64,000 nucleotides of DNA, taken from positions 257,517-321,516 of the forward strand of contig NMRA01000501.1 of assembly GCA_002633005.1 (NCBI GenBank), in the 5' to 3' direction. The translations under genes were made by a program, and so were the position numbers. Each line of letters opens with the position of its first letter. Position 1 is the first letter of the stretch. Source of the DNA: Phoronis australis. Its lineage: Eukaryota > Animalia > Phoronida. Positions 63,896 to 64,000 of this stretch are shown here, one piece after another. Below the pieces are notes generated by a model, which did no database searches, was not told the origin of the DNA, and saw only the letters and a program-made list of their open reading frames with translations.

Positions 63896-64000
63896 GTGCT
63901 GCTGGCTGTCCGTCATATTATCTGGCGTAATATGTTTATTCACCAGATGTTGAAGTAAAGGTGTCCTTTCGAATACATACAAACCCGAATAGGCGCGAAA

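Noticed and set aside
63752-63982. Met/Thr/Val- and Ile/Val-rich ORFs
   Set aside because: Products of a degenerate GAT-type trinucleotide tract

Overview
Intron-rich, AT-rich animal genomic DNA, probably a marine invertebrate (inferred from gene content; frequent TACATGTA). It is not prokaryotic, and most tracked ORFs are noise or single exons. Four single-N joins occur at 3766, 16294, 30815 and 50129. Three spliced genes were assembled by hand using GT-AG boundaries and consistent exon phases. (1) A minus-strand CCN-family (CYR61/CTGF/NOV-like) gene with signal peptide, 12-Cys IGFBP module and 10-Cys VWC module; it runs off the left edge and has an unusual Cys-containing N-terminal pro-segment. 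(2) A complete minus-strand gene of 12 coding exons (27111-34819) encoding an unrecognised 502-aa protein with PPxY motifs, four divergent internal repeats and a C-terminal CCTVL CaaX box. (3) A plus-strand zinc metallopeptidase with anthrax-lethal-factor-like motifs (HEFSH...Y-x6-EYFAE) joined by Gly linkers to an ShKT domain. Its six-exon block is tandemly duplicated, and the two copies carry different, complementary lesions. The rest is transposon debris (L1/Tx1-like and L2/CR1-like LINE relics, an Academ-like foldback element, a THAP relic, several MITE families, tRNA-like heads) and simple repeats. All family assignments come from motif recognition by eye; no database search was run.
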